A DNA stretch of 64,000 nucleotides from Anaeramoeba ignava BMAN (lineage: Eukaryota > Protista > Anaeramoebae): NCBI GenBank assembly GCA_028826165.1, contig JAPDFW010000092.1, positions 930,001-994,000 on the forward strand. Direction: 5' to 3'. Positions 39,701 to 50,572 of this stretch are shown here, in pieces. Each line of letters starts with the position of its first letter. Position 1 is the stretch's first letter. The position numbers and the translations under genes are program-made. Below the pieces are notes generated by a model. That model saw only the letters and a list, made by a program, of their open reading frames with translations, had not been told where the DNA came from and did no database searches.

Positions 39701-42143
39701 TTATAAATAATTTTATATATAATTTTATAATTAATTTTATAAATAATTTTATAAATAATTTTATAAATAATTTTATAAATAATTTTATAAATAATTTTAT
39801 ATATAATTTTATAAATAATTTTATATATAATTTTATATTTAATTTTATATTTAATTTTATAAATAATTTTATAAATAATTTAATAAATAATTTTATATTT
39901 AATTTTATATTTAATTTTTATAAATAATTTAATAAATAATTTTATAAATAATTTTATAAATAATTTTATATTTAATTTTATATATAATTTTATAAATAAT
40001 TTTATAATTAATTTTATATATAATTTTATAAATAATTTTATATTTAATTTTATAAATAATTTTATAAATAATTTTATAATTAATTTTATAAATAATTTTA
40101 TAAATAATTTTATTAATAATTTTATATTTAATTTCATAAATAATTTTATATATAATTTTATATTTAAATTTATAAATAATTTTTATAAATAATTTTATAT
40201 ATAATTTTATAAATAATTTTATATTTAATTTTATATTTAATTTTATAAATTTATAAATAATTTTATATATAATTTTATAAATAATTTTATAAATAATTTT
40301 ATAAATAATTTTATAAATAATTTTATAAATAATTTTATAAATAATTTTATATTTAATTTTATAAATAATTTTATAAATAATTTTATATTTAATTTTATAA
40401 ATAATTTTATTAATAATTTTATAAATAATTTTATAAATAATTTTATAAATAATTTTTATTAATAATTTTATAAATAATTTTATAAATAATTTTATAATTA
40501 AATTTTATAAATAATTTTATATTTAATTTTATATTTAATTTTATAAATAATTTTATAAATAATTTTATAAATAATTTTATAAATAATTTTATAAATAATT
40601 TTATAAATAATTTTATAAATAATTTTATTAATAATTTTATATTTAATTTTTATATTTTAATTTTATATATAATTTTATATTTAATTTTATATATAATTTT
40701 ATAAATAATTTTATATTTAATTTTATAATTAATTTTATAATTAATTTTATATTTAATTTTATAAATAATTTTATATATAATTTTATAAATAATTTTTATA
40801 TATAATTTTTATAAATAATTTTATATTTAATTTTATAATTAATTTTATATTTAATTTTATAATTAATTTTATATTTAATTTTATATTTAATTTTATAAAT
40901 AATTTTATAAATAATTTTATAAATAATTTTATAAATAATTTTATAAAATAATTTTATATATAATTTTATAAATAATTTTATAAATAATTTTATAAATAAT
41001 TTTATAAATAATTTTATATTTAATTTTATATTTAATTTTATATTTAATTTTATATTTAATTTTATAAATAATTTTATAAATAATTTTATAAATAATTTTA
41101 TAAATAATTTTATAAATAATTTTATAAATAATTTTATAAATAATTTTATATTTAATTTTATAAATAATTTTATAAATAATTTTATAATTAATTTTATAAA
41201 TAATTTTATTAATAATTTTATAAATAATTTTATAAATAATTTTATAAATAATTTTATTAATAATTTTATATTTAATTTTATAAATAATTTTATAAATAAT
41301 TTTATATTTAATTTTTATATTTAATTTTATAAATAATTTTATAATTAATTTTATATTTAATTTTATAAATAATTTTATAAATAATTTTATAATTAATTTT
41401 ATAAATAATTTTATAAATAATTTTATAAATAATTTTATAAATAATTTTATATTTAATTTTATAAATAATTTTATAAATAATTTTATAATTAAATTTATAA
41501 TTAATTTTATATTTAATTTTATAAATAATTTTATATTTAATTTTATAAATAATTTTATAAATAATTTTATAATTAATTTTATATTTAATTTTATTAATAA
41601 TTTTATAAATAATTTTATAATTAATTTTATAAATAATTTTATAAATAATTTTATAAATAATTTTATATATAATTTTATAAATAATTTTATAATTAATTTT
41701 ATAAATAATTTTATATTTAATTTTATAAATAATTTTATAAATAATTTTATAAATAATTTTATATTTAATTTTATAATTAATTTTATAAATAATTTTATTA
41801 ATAATTTTATAAATATAAATGCACCATCTATTGATATAAAAAACATTTTTCTTGGAGAAACAAAAGAAAGTAATTCATCAATATTATTCATAAGCTTTTC
41901 AAGTTGAATATTTCCTCGATCATCACAAGTTAAAAATTGATGAAGAAAACCATTAAAATCAAGATATAAATTATCTTTTAAATTTTTTAAAAACCAAAAA
42001 TTTTTTTTTCAAATTGATTTTTGTTTTTAAATTTTATATTTAAATTAAATAATACCAACTCTCATTTCAGACATTGAATCTAATGTTGTAGAAATCAAAG
42101 GATATCTTTCATAAAGCCATTTATAAAATTTAGGAAGACCCAT
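36718..42143 (-). CDS. XRN-family 5'-3' exoribonuclease, 3 exons
   Basis: MGLPKFYKWLYERYP, DNLYLDFNGFLH, SIDGTSPAAKFTNQKKSRF, TPGTELM, PGEGEHKI, EDSDLIFL, GNDFLP, YYEGLIWILNYY, SWNWYY, FYP, GIVLIPFLD. Introns ~41976-42055 and 39378-41824. An in-frame stop at 37393 arises from two compensating indels in a repeat. Confidence 0.92.
39378..41824 (-). repeat. XRN intron 2 (2.45 kb) filled with the 12-mer (AATAATTTTATA)n and variants
   Basis: GTGCAT donor at 41824, TAG acceptor at 39378; splicing restores I-D-G-T-S-P. Confidence 0.92.
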
Positions 42144-42197
42144 TTGAAAAAAAAAATGAAAAAAAAAAATTTAAATTTCTTTTTGTTTTTTTCTTTA

Positions 42198-42835
42198 TTA
42201 TTTTTGAATCCATGAATTTGGAGGTTTTGGAATTAAAGAAATATTTTTTATTTGATAAATATGAGATTCAGAATATCTTTGATTAGTTTTATCAAATCTT
42301 TGTTGATATATTGTGGCGGATTTTGGGAATTTTAAAAGAATTTTTTCTTCAATTTCTTTTTCAATTTCTTTTTCAATTTCTTGTTCAATTTCTTCTGAAA
42401 TGTCTTGTTCAATTTCTTCCAAATTAAATACAAATGGATTTTGATTTTGATTCTGATTTTGATTCTGATTTTGATTTTGATTTAGATTCTGATTTTGATT
42501 TTGATTTTGATTTAGATTCTGATTCTGATTTTGATTCTGAATTTGATTCTGATTCTGATTTTGATTTAGATTCTGATTTTGATTTTGATTTTGATTTAGA
42601 TTCTGATTTTGATTTAGATTCTGATTTGAATTTTGAATTTTAATTTTAATTTGAATTTTAATTTTAATTTGATTTGAATTTTAAATTTGAATTTGAATTT
42701 GAATTTGAATTTGAATTTAAATTTTAATTTGAATTAAATTTGATTTTGAATTTGAATTTTAATTTGAATTTGAATTTTAATTTAAATTTTAATTAAATTT
42801 ACTTCAAATGGGAAATAAAAGGTATTAGGAAACAT
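42198..42835 (-). CDS. Small orphan protein: MFPNTFYFPFE exon, NQNL-rich repeat, acidic stretch, ...IPKPPNSWIQK
   Basis: ATG 42835 with TCATTT motifs upstream; GTAAAT donor at ~42802; candidate CAG acceptor in the repeat near 42623, in phase with ORF 42198-42422. Confidence 0.45.
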
Positions 42836-43037
42836 TTTTCATTTAAATTTTGTTTGTTTTTTTTTTGTTTTAAATTTTCTAATAAAAATAATTAAAAATG
42901 AAAAAAAAATGAAAAAAAAATGAAAAAAAGTTTTTTTTAAAATTTTTTTTTTTATCAGTTTTTTCTTTTCTTTTTTCTTTTCTTTTCTTTTAAACAAAAT
43001 AACAAAAAAATAAAAAATAAATTTAAAAACAAAACTG

Positions 43038-45684
43038 ATGATCCCAAAAAAACAACGAATTGAAACAGAAATATTTTATCCAGATCCACCAGATCTATCG
43101 AAAATCACAAACATCCCTCTTTGGAAAATTTATGTAGGAAATGTTAAAGTTTGTTGTTCAGGAAGATGTACAACTGGTCCTGATTTAAAAACCCTTCTAT
43201 TTACTGAAGCTTTGTATAATGTTCCTTGGATTTTATTTACTTATTTTGTTGCTTGGAAATTGGAAGAGTTTCTTTCTTATTGGATTTTTGGAATTAGCCT
43301 TTTTTTAGGTGTTTGGACAAATATTTTTATGTTAATTACTGCTTTTGTTGATCCTGGAATAATTAGACGTTTTCCTTTACCTTCTATTATTGTACAAATC
43401 TTAATATATATATATTTAATATTTAATATTTAATATTTATTATATATTATTTATTATTTATTATTTATTATTTATATTTATTATTTATTATTTAATATAT
43501 AATATTTAATATTTAATATTTAATATTTAATATTTAATATATAATATATAATGTTTATTATTTAATATATAATATTTAATATTTAATATTTAATATTTAA
43601 TATTTAATATATAATATTTAATATTTAATATATAATATTTAATATTTAATATTTAATATATAATATATAATATTTATTATTTAATATTTAATATTCTTTT
43701 TTTAAAAGAAAAACGAAATTCCAAATTATGAACCATCAGAAATTTATCAAGCTTCTCTTAGTGGATATAATTTCCATCTTAGATATTGTCGTAAATTATC
43801 AAAAAATCAAAATCAAAATCAAAATCCAATTTAAAATCAAAATTAAAATAAAAATAAAAATTAAAATTAAAAAATAATTAAGAAACATGTAATATTTATA
43901 GACCACCTCGTGCTTCTCATTGCGGTTATTGTGATAATTGTGTTGAGAAATTTGATCATCATTGTAAAAATTAAGAAAAAAGAAAGAAAAGAAAATAAAT
44001 TTAATATTAAAAACAAATTAATAAAAATAAAACAGGTCCTTGGGTTGGAAGTGATATTGGTTTAAGAAATTATCGATATTTTCTTGTTTTTGTAATTTCA
44101 ACCACTTTAACTATTTATATTGTAATGATTTTTTCTGCAACTTATATTGGACTAGTTACAAAAAGAAATTTATCATCAAAAAGTGGATTTCCTGCATTTT
44201 ATCATGCATGTTATGAAGGATTAGCAGCGTATTAAGAATTTTGATTTTCAATAATTGATTTGATTTAATTTAATTTAATTCAGTTCAATAATTTGATTTG
44301 ATTTAATTTATTTCAAAAAATTTATTTGATTTGATTTGATTTAATTCAGTTCAATAATTTGATTTGATTTAATTTATTTCAAAAATTGATTTGATTTAAT
44401 TTATTTCAATAATTTATTTGATTTATTTTATTTCAAAAATTGATTTGATTTAATTTGATTTAATTCAGTTCAATAATTTGATTTGATTTAATTTATTTCA
44501 AAAATTGATTTGATTAATTTATTTCAAAAATTGATTTGATTTATTTTATTTCAAAAATTGATTTGATTTAATTGATTTGAAAAAATTGATTTGATTTGAT
44601 TTAATTCAGTTCAATAATTTGATTTGATTTAATTTATTTCAAAAATTTATTTAATGATTTGATTTAATTTATTTCAAAAAATTGATTTGATTTAATTTAA
44701 TTTAATTCAGTTCAATAATTGATTTGATTTGATTTAATTTATTTCAAAAAATTGATTTAATTCAAAAATTGATTTAATTTAATTTATTTCAAAAAATTTA
44801 TTTGATTTAATTTATTTCAAAAATTTATTTAATTTAATTGATTTGAAAAAAAAATAGTTGTATTTTATTTGTTTATACATGTGGATGCATTTATTCACTA
44901 ACACGTCTTGCAATTTTTCATATAAGATTAGTTTCTCGAAATGAAACAACTCATGAATATGTAAAAAAAATTATTTTTGAATATCCAAAAAAAAAAGTGG
45001 ATCAAAAAAAAATTATTTATTATTTAATTTATTTTCCAAATTTAATAATTTTATTAGTTGAAAGGATTTTTTGATCAACAAGTAAATCCATATAAAAAAA
45101 GTTGTTGTGGAAATTGGAAAGAAGCTTGTTGCACAAAAATACCAAAAAGAAATATGAGATTTCGAGATTTCGCAACCAAAAATGAAATTGAAACAGCTTT
45201 TTTGCAATTACAAGATCCAAAAACTCCTAAAAAAAAGGAGCTTAAAGATTCAATTTATAAGTTTCTTCAAGAATTTCCTTCTATTGAACCAAGAAAACGT
45301 AATAATAATAATAATAATGATGAAATTGAAATGCAAACTCATTCAACTGAAAATGTTTCACATAGTCAAGAAAAATTAAGTGAAATAAGTGATGATCAAG
45401 TAAATGAATTAATGATTGATAATGATAATGAAAATCAAAATGAAAATTTAAATGAAAATGATAATTTAAATGATAATGATAATTTAAATCAAAATGAAAA
45501 TTTAAATGAAAATGATAATTTAAATGATAATGAAAATTTAAATCAAAATGAAAATTTAAATGAAAATGATAATTTAAATCAAAATGAAAATTTAAATGAA
45601 AATGATAATTTAAATGAAAATGATAATTTAAATCAAAATGAAAATTTAAATCAAAATGAAAATCAAAATGAAAATTTAAATTAG
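43038..45684 (+). CDS. DHHC palmitoyltransferase (Erf2/ZDHHC9/14/18-like), 6 exons
   Basis: [81 protein letters not shown]; five GT-AG introns in consistent phase. Confidence 0.95.
43392..43708 (+). repeat. DHHC intron 1 with 7-mer (ATATTTA)n
   Basis: GTACAA...AAG boundaries, heptamer array. Confidence 0.85.
44229..44857 (+). repeat. DHHC intron 4 with compound TTGAT/TTAAT/TTCAAAAA repeat
   Basis: GTATTA...TAG boundaries; recurring higher-order unit containing TTCAGTTCAATAAT. Confidence 0.85.
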
Positions 45685-45963
45685 ACGAAAGAAAATTTAA
45701 ATGAAATGAAAATCAAATGAAAAATTTGTGAAAAAATTTTATTTTTTAAAAACTTCTCAATTTAAATATCAATGAATTAATTTAGATCAACTAATACTTT
45801 TTTTTTCATTTCAAATTTATTTCAAATTAATCCAAAATCAATTATTTTTTTTAAATAATTGCTAAATATCCATTTTTTATTGGAAAAGAAATGAAAAAAG
45901 AAGAATTTGAATTTGAATTTGAAATTGAAATTGAAATTGAAATTGAATTTTGATAAAATTAAA

Positions 45964-47463
45964 TTAACGTCTGAGATAATAAATGAAAATAATCAAAACA
46001 ATTATCAACATTATTGCTATTAAAAGGAAAAAAAACTAAATGAAAAAGAAAGAAAATTTAATTAGAAAAAAGAAAAAAGATTTTGTTTTAATACTTTTTT
46101 TGATTTAGATTGACGATTTCGAGATGATGAAGGACTATTTAACATATCTGGTCTAACTTGTCTTATCTAATTTTCAAATTAATAAACAAAAAAAAAGTGG
46201 AACAAAAATAAATTTTAATAAAAAAAAAGTGGAACAAAAAAGAAAATTATTTAAAAAGAAAATTATTTAAAAAGAAAATTACTGATTGTTGATTTTGAAT
46301 GTTTTGATTGGAATGATTTTCTCCTAATTGATTTGAATCTATTCTTTGAGACATTTCTATTTCATTTACATTATTTTTTTTATTTTTGGGATCAATTAAA
46401 CTTGAATCATGAGGATCATCTTCATCAAAATAATCTAATTCAGCAAATAAATCATTGGTTTCATGACTTAAAGTTAATGAAGAAGCAGCAACTCTTAAGT
46501 CATTTTGGATTTGAAAAAATTGTTTTTGTAAATCTTCAAGAGTTGTTTTAGCTGAATTTTTTTCTTTTTGATCAATATTTACAATTTCGAGACTCATTTT
46601 TTCTAACTTATAAATATATTAAATTTATTATTAAATTTATTATTAAATTTATTATTAAATTGATTATTAAATTTATTATTAAAATTATTATTAAAATTAT
46701 TATTAAATTTATTATTTAATTTATTATTAAAATTATTATTAAATTTATTATTAAATTTATTATTAAAATTATTATTAAATTTATTATTAAATTTATTATT
46801 AAATTTATTATTAAATTTATTATTAAATTTATTATTAAAATCATTATTTAAATTCATTATTAAAATTATTATTAAAATTCATTATTAAAATTATTATTAA
46901 ATTGATTATTAAATTTATTATTAAATTTATTATTAAATTGATTATTAAATTGATTATTAAATTTATTATTAAATTTATTATTAATTTATTATTAAAATTA
47001 TTATTAAATTTATTATTAAATTTATTATTAAATTTATTATTAAATTTATTATTAAATTATTATTAAATTTATTATTAAATTTATTATTAAATTTATTATT
47101 AAAATTATTATTAAAATTATTATTAAAATTATTATTAAATTCATTTATAAATTGAATATTAAATTTATTATTAAATTTTTTTAAAATTTAAGTTCAAATT
47201 CATTTATAAATTGAATATTAAATTGCTTTTTTTAAATTTAAGTTCAAATTCTTTAGTTAATTCCTTGATAAATTTCTTATTAAAGTTAAATTGAAATTCT
47301 TTATAAAATTTACTAAAGAATTTAATTCAATTAAATCTTTTTGACCTGAACGTGTTAGTAATTTTCTATCTTCTCCAATTGATTTATAAATTCTAGAAAT
47401 TGTTTCTTGAATTTTTTTAAATATTGAAGAGAATTCTTGTTGATATTTTTGAAATGCTTCCAT
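45964..47463 (-). CDS. Vti1-like tail-anchored protein (Habc-like N-terminus, C-terminal TM), 4 exons
   Basis: MEAFQKYQQEFSSI...GEDRK...LLEKMSLEI matches the Vti1 N-terminal pattern (FE.YE..F, GE.RK, L.QM.LE); ends FFFLLIAIMLIIVLIIFIYYLRR*. Three GT-AG introns, all phase 0. Confidence 0.7.
46607..47313 (-). repeat. Intron 1 of the Vti1-like gene with 12-mer (TTTATTATTAAA)n
   Basis: GTAAAT donor at 47313, AAG acceptor at 46607. Confidence 0.85.
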
Positions 47464-47551
47464 AAAAAAAAAAACACTTTTTGAATAAAAAAAAAGAATA
47501 AAAAAAAAATGAAAAAAATTTTTTCATTTTTCATTTTTCATTTATTTTAAA
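47464..47551. promoter_or_regulatory. 88-bp bidirectional promoter with back-to-back TCATTT initiator-like motifs
   Basis: Divergent ATGs at 47463 (-) and 47552 (+); AAATGAAA at ~47507 faces left and three TTTCATTT at 47522-47544 face right. Confidence 0.6.
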
Positions 47552-48983
47552 ATGCAATTTACTATTGAAAATTTAAACGGAAATTCAAATTCAAATGAAA
47601 ATTTCAATGAAAATTTAAATTCAAATTCAAATTCAAATGCAATAATAATTCAAGCAAATGAAATTGAAGAAGAAATGGAAATTGATAATGAAAATTCAAA
47701 TGAAAAAATAGATTTAGAAACAGAACAATTTATAGAAGAACTTGAACCATTGACAGCAAAAGAAGTACAAACAGAAAAAAATTACACAAAAATAAGAATA
47801 CCAAATCATCGATTAACTCCATTAAGAAATAATTGGATGGAAATTTACACACCAATTGTTGAGCAAATGAAACTCCAAATCAGATATAATCCAAATCAAA
47901 GAACTGTTGAATTGAAAAATTCAGAATTTACTACTGATTCTGATGCTTTACAAAAAGCTGCTGAGTTTATTCATGCTTTTTGTCTTGGTTTTGAACTTCA
48001 AGTTTGTTTAAATTTATTCTTTGAAATACTTTTTTTTTTCTTAATTTTTTGTTTTTTGTTTTTTGTTTTGAAAGGATGCTATTGCTTTATTAAGATTAGA
48101 TGATTTATTAGTTGAAAGTTTTGATATTTTAGAAGGTTAAAATCAAAATCAAAATTAAAATTAATATTCATTTCAAATTTAAAATCAAAATTCATTTCAA
48201 AATTAAAATTAAAATTGAATTTAAAATTAAAATTATTATTAAAATTAAAATTCATTTCAAAATTAAAATCAAAATTAATATTAAAATCAAAATTGAATTT
48301 AAAATCAAAATTAATATTAAAATCAAAATTGAATTTAAAATTAAAATTAAAATTCATTTCAAAATTAAAATTGAATTTAAAATTAAAATTAAAATTGAAT
48401 TTAAAATTAAAATTAAAATTGAATTTAAAATTAAAATTAATATTCATTTCAAAATTAAAATTAAAATTAAAATTAAATTTAAAATTAAAATTAAAATTAA
48501 AATTAAAATTAAAATTAATATTCATTTCAAAATTAATATTAATATTAAAATTAAAATCAATATTCATTTCAAAATTAAAATTCATTTCAAAATTAAAATT
48601 CATTTCAAAATTAAAATTAAAATTATTATTAAAATTAAAATTAAAATTATTTTTAGTTCGTCAAACATTACAAGGTGATAATTTATCAAGAGCAATTGGA
48701 AGAATTGTTGGAAAAGGTGGAAAAACAAAATATACAATTGAAAATGCAACTAAAACTCGAATTTCTTTAACAGAAACGTAAATTAAAAAATTCTAAAATT
48801 AAATTTAATTAAAAAATTTTAAATTGAATTTAAAAATTTTATAGTAAGGTTCATATTTTAGGTTCTTATAATCATATTAAATACGCAAGAGATGCAATTT
48901 GTGATTTAATTTTAGGATCTCCTCCAAGCAAAGTTTATAATAAATTAAGAATAATTTCAAGTCGAATGAAAGAAAGATTTTAA
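47552..48983 (+). CDS. PNO1: PNO1/Dim2 KH-domain pre-40S ribosome biogenesis factor, 4 exons
   Basis: IPNHRLTPLRNNWMEIYTPIVEQMKLQIRYN, ALQKAAEF, DAIALLRLDDL, LQGDNLSRAIGRIVGKGGKTKYTIENATKTRI, LILGSPPSKVY, RMKERF*. Confidence 0.97.
48136..48656 (+). repeat. PNO1 intron 2 with (AAAATT)n-derived hexamer array
   Basis: GTTAAA...TAG boundaries; splicing restores LE-V-RQTLQGD. Confidence 0.88.
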
Positions 48984-49084
48984 AATAAAAAATAAAAAAT
49001 AAAATTTAAATAGAAAAAAAAATTCAAATAAAAATTAAAAAGAAAATTCGGATAAATTTTTTGATTTAATTTTTTGATTTAAAA

Positions 49085-49879
49085 TCAAAAATCAAAAATA
49101 ATTGAAGCATCTTTTTGAATTCCTAAATCAATAAATTTTCTAGTTTCAAGAAGAACTTGAAAAGCATCAAAATGAGGATTAATAAGAGGATCAAAAGATT
49201 TCAATAAAACACAAGGTTCTAAAATTTCCTCATTTTCAAGATCTTCAAAATCGGGACTTCTGATCCAAAAACTATTCAAGACTTCTGGATAAGTCTGAAT
49301 ACCCTTCGGCTCATCTAACTGCTTCGGGATTTCTATCAAATCATCATTTTGATTCGTGTTTGAAAATTCATCATTTTCTATTTCAGTTGTTTTTTCAATA
49401 TTCGATCCAACGAATGCTGAGCCAAGCCCAGTCTCAAATATCCCATCGTCTAGTAAAAAGGAATTGAACCGCATATTTTCTTGACGCAGTCTTTCCATAC
49501 TCTCAAAAATTGTGGGATAGAACTCGGTGTCCATTGCTGGATAGCTTATTTTGAAAATAAATTTCCCGCTTTTTTTTAATTTTTCTGCTTTTCCAAAAAT
49601 TGCGTTAAATCTTTCCAATGATTCTTTCCAATCAGGTTTGAATTGATAAATTTCGCGCTCGTCATCTGTTTGCACAAGAGTCGATATATCTTTTTTGAAA
49701 TTGAATATGTGTTGAAAACCACTTTTGTTGAGATAAACCATGCACCAACGCATAAATCCATGTTCGTTAAATGAGGTCATTAAATGTCCGTTTTCTCCAT
49801 CGCATCCTTTCTTTTTGTGCTGTTTTTCTTTCTCTTCTTGAGTCATATTCTCCCAAACCAAATATAAATCAAGAACCAT
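49085..49879 (-). CDS. Intronless hypothetical protein (264 aa)
   Basis: Complex globular-looking ORF, higher GC than flanks, tandem TCATTT motifs ~30-50 nt upstream. Confidence 0.8.
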   Translation of the reverse strand: MVLDLYLVWENMTQEEKEKQHKKKGCDGENGHLMTSFNEHGFMRWCMVYLNKSGFQHIFNFKKDISTLVQTDDEREIYQFKPDWKESLERFNAIFGKAEKLKKSGKFIFKISYPAMDTEFYPTIFESMERLRQENMRFNSFLLDDGIFETGLGSAFVGSNIEKTTEIENDEFSNTNQNDDLIEIPKQLDEPKGIQTYPEVLNSFWIRSPDFEDLENEEILEPCVLLKSFDPLINPHFDAFQVLLETRKFIDLGIQKDASIIFDF

Positions 49880-50009
49880 TTTTATTTATTGAAGAAATAT
49901 TAAATGTAAAAATGAAAATGAAAATGAAAAATTAAAAAAATTTTTATTTTTATTTAAAAACAAAAAAAATTGTGAAAAAAAAAAAGAAGAGAAAATATAA
50001 AAATTTGCT

Positions 50010-50456
50010 TTAAAATCTTTTTGGTGGAGCAATTGCAATAATTCCATCACCTCTAATATAAAGCATTTCGAAATTTCTTCTTGTTGTCTATAAATCAAAA
50101 ATATATATAAATAATCAATTTATTTTTTTTTTCCGATTTTCAAAAGAAAAAAAATAAATTAAAAAACCTTCATAATTTCTTCATTAGTTTCTTCATCAAT
50201 TTCAATAACTGTTAAAACTTCTTCAACATTACTCAATACAATATTTAAATGTTGATCAAAAGCCTGAATAAGGAATATTATAAATAAATTTTTAAAACGG
50301 AAAGAAATCAAATATTTTTTTTTTGAATTTTTGAATTTTTGAGAAATTTACATGAAGAGTTCCTCTTAATTCACGATCACCACGCATTTTAATATAAATT
50401 TTCTCTCCTAAAGATAAACGAACCAAGTCGATTGGTTCTTTTACTTCTAAATTCAT
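50010..50456 (-). CDS. LSM3: U6 snRNA-associated Sm-like protein LSm3, 3 exons; missed by the ORF track
   Basis: Spliced: [35 protein letters not shown]|[32 protein letters not shown]|[25 protein letters not shown]. Confidence 0.96.
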
Positions 50457-50572
50457 TATATATTTTTTTTAAAATGAAAAATGAAAAATGAAAAAAAAAA
50501 ATTTTTTATTTAAATTTTTAATTTTTAAATAAAAGAAAAATTTTATTAATTATTTTGAAGATTAAATTATTT

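Noticed and set aside
41815-41830. Non-canonical donor in XRN intron 2
   Set aside because: G|GTGCAT is a GT donor in the correct phase.
39880-41891. ORFs of IKLF/YKII repeats, and similar ORFs at 46603, 48079, 48215, 60196, 60509
   Set aside because: They are translations of intronic satellites; splicing around them restores conserved proteins.
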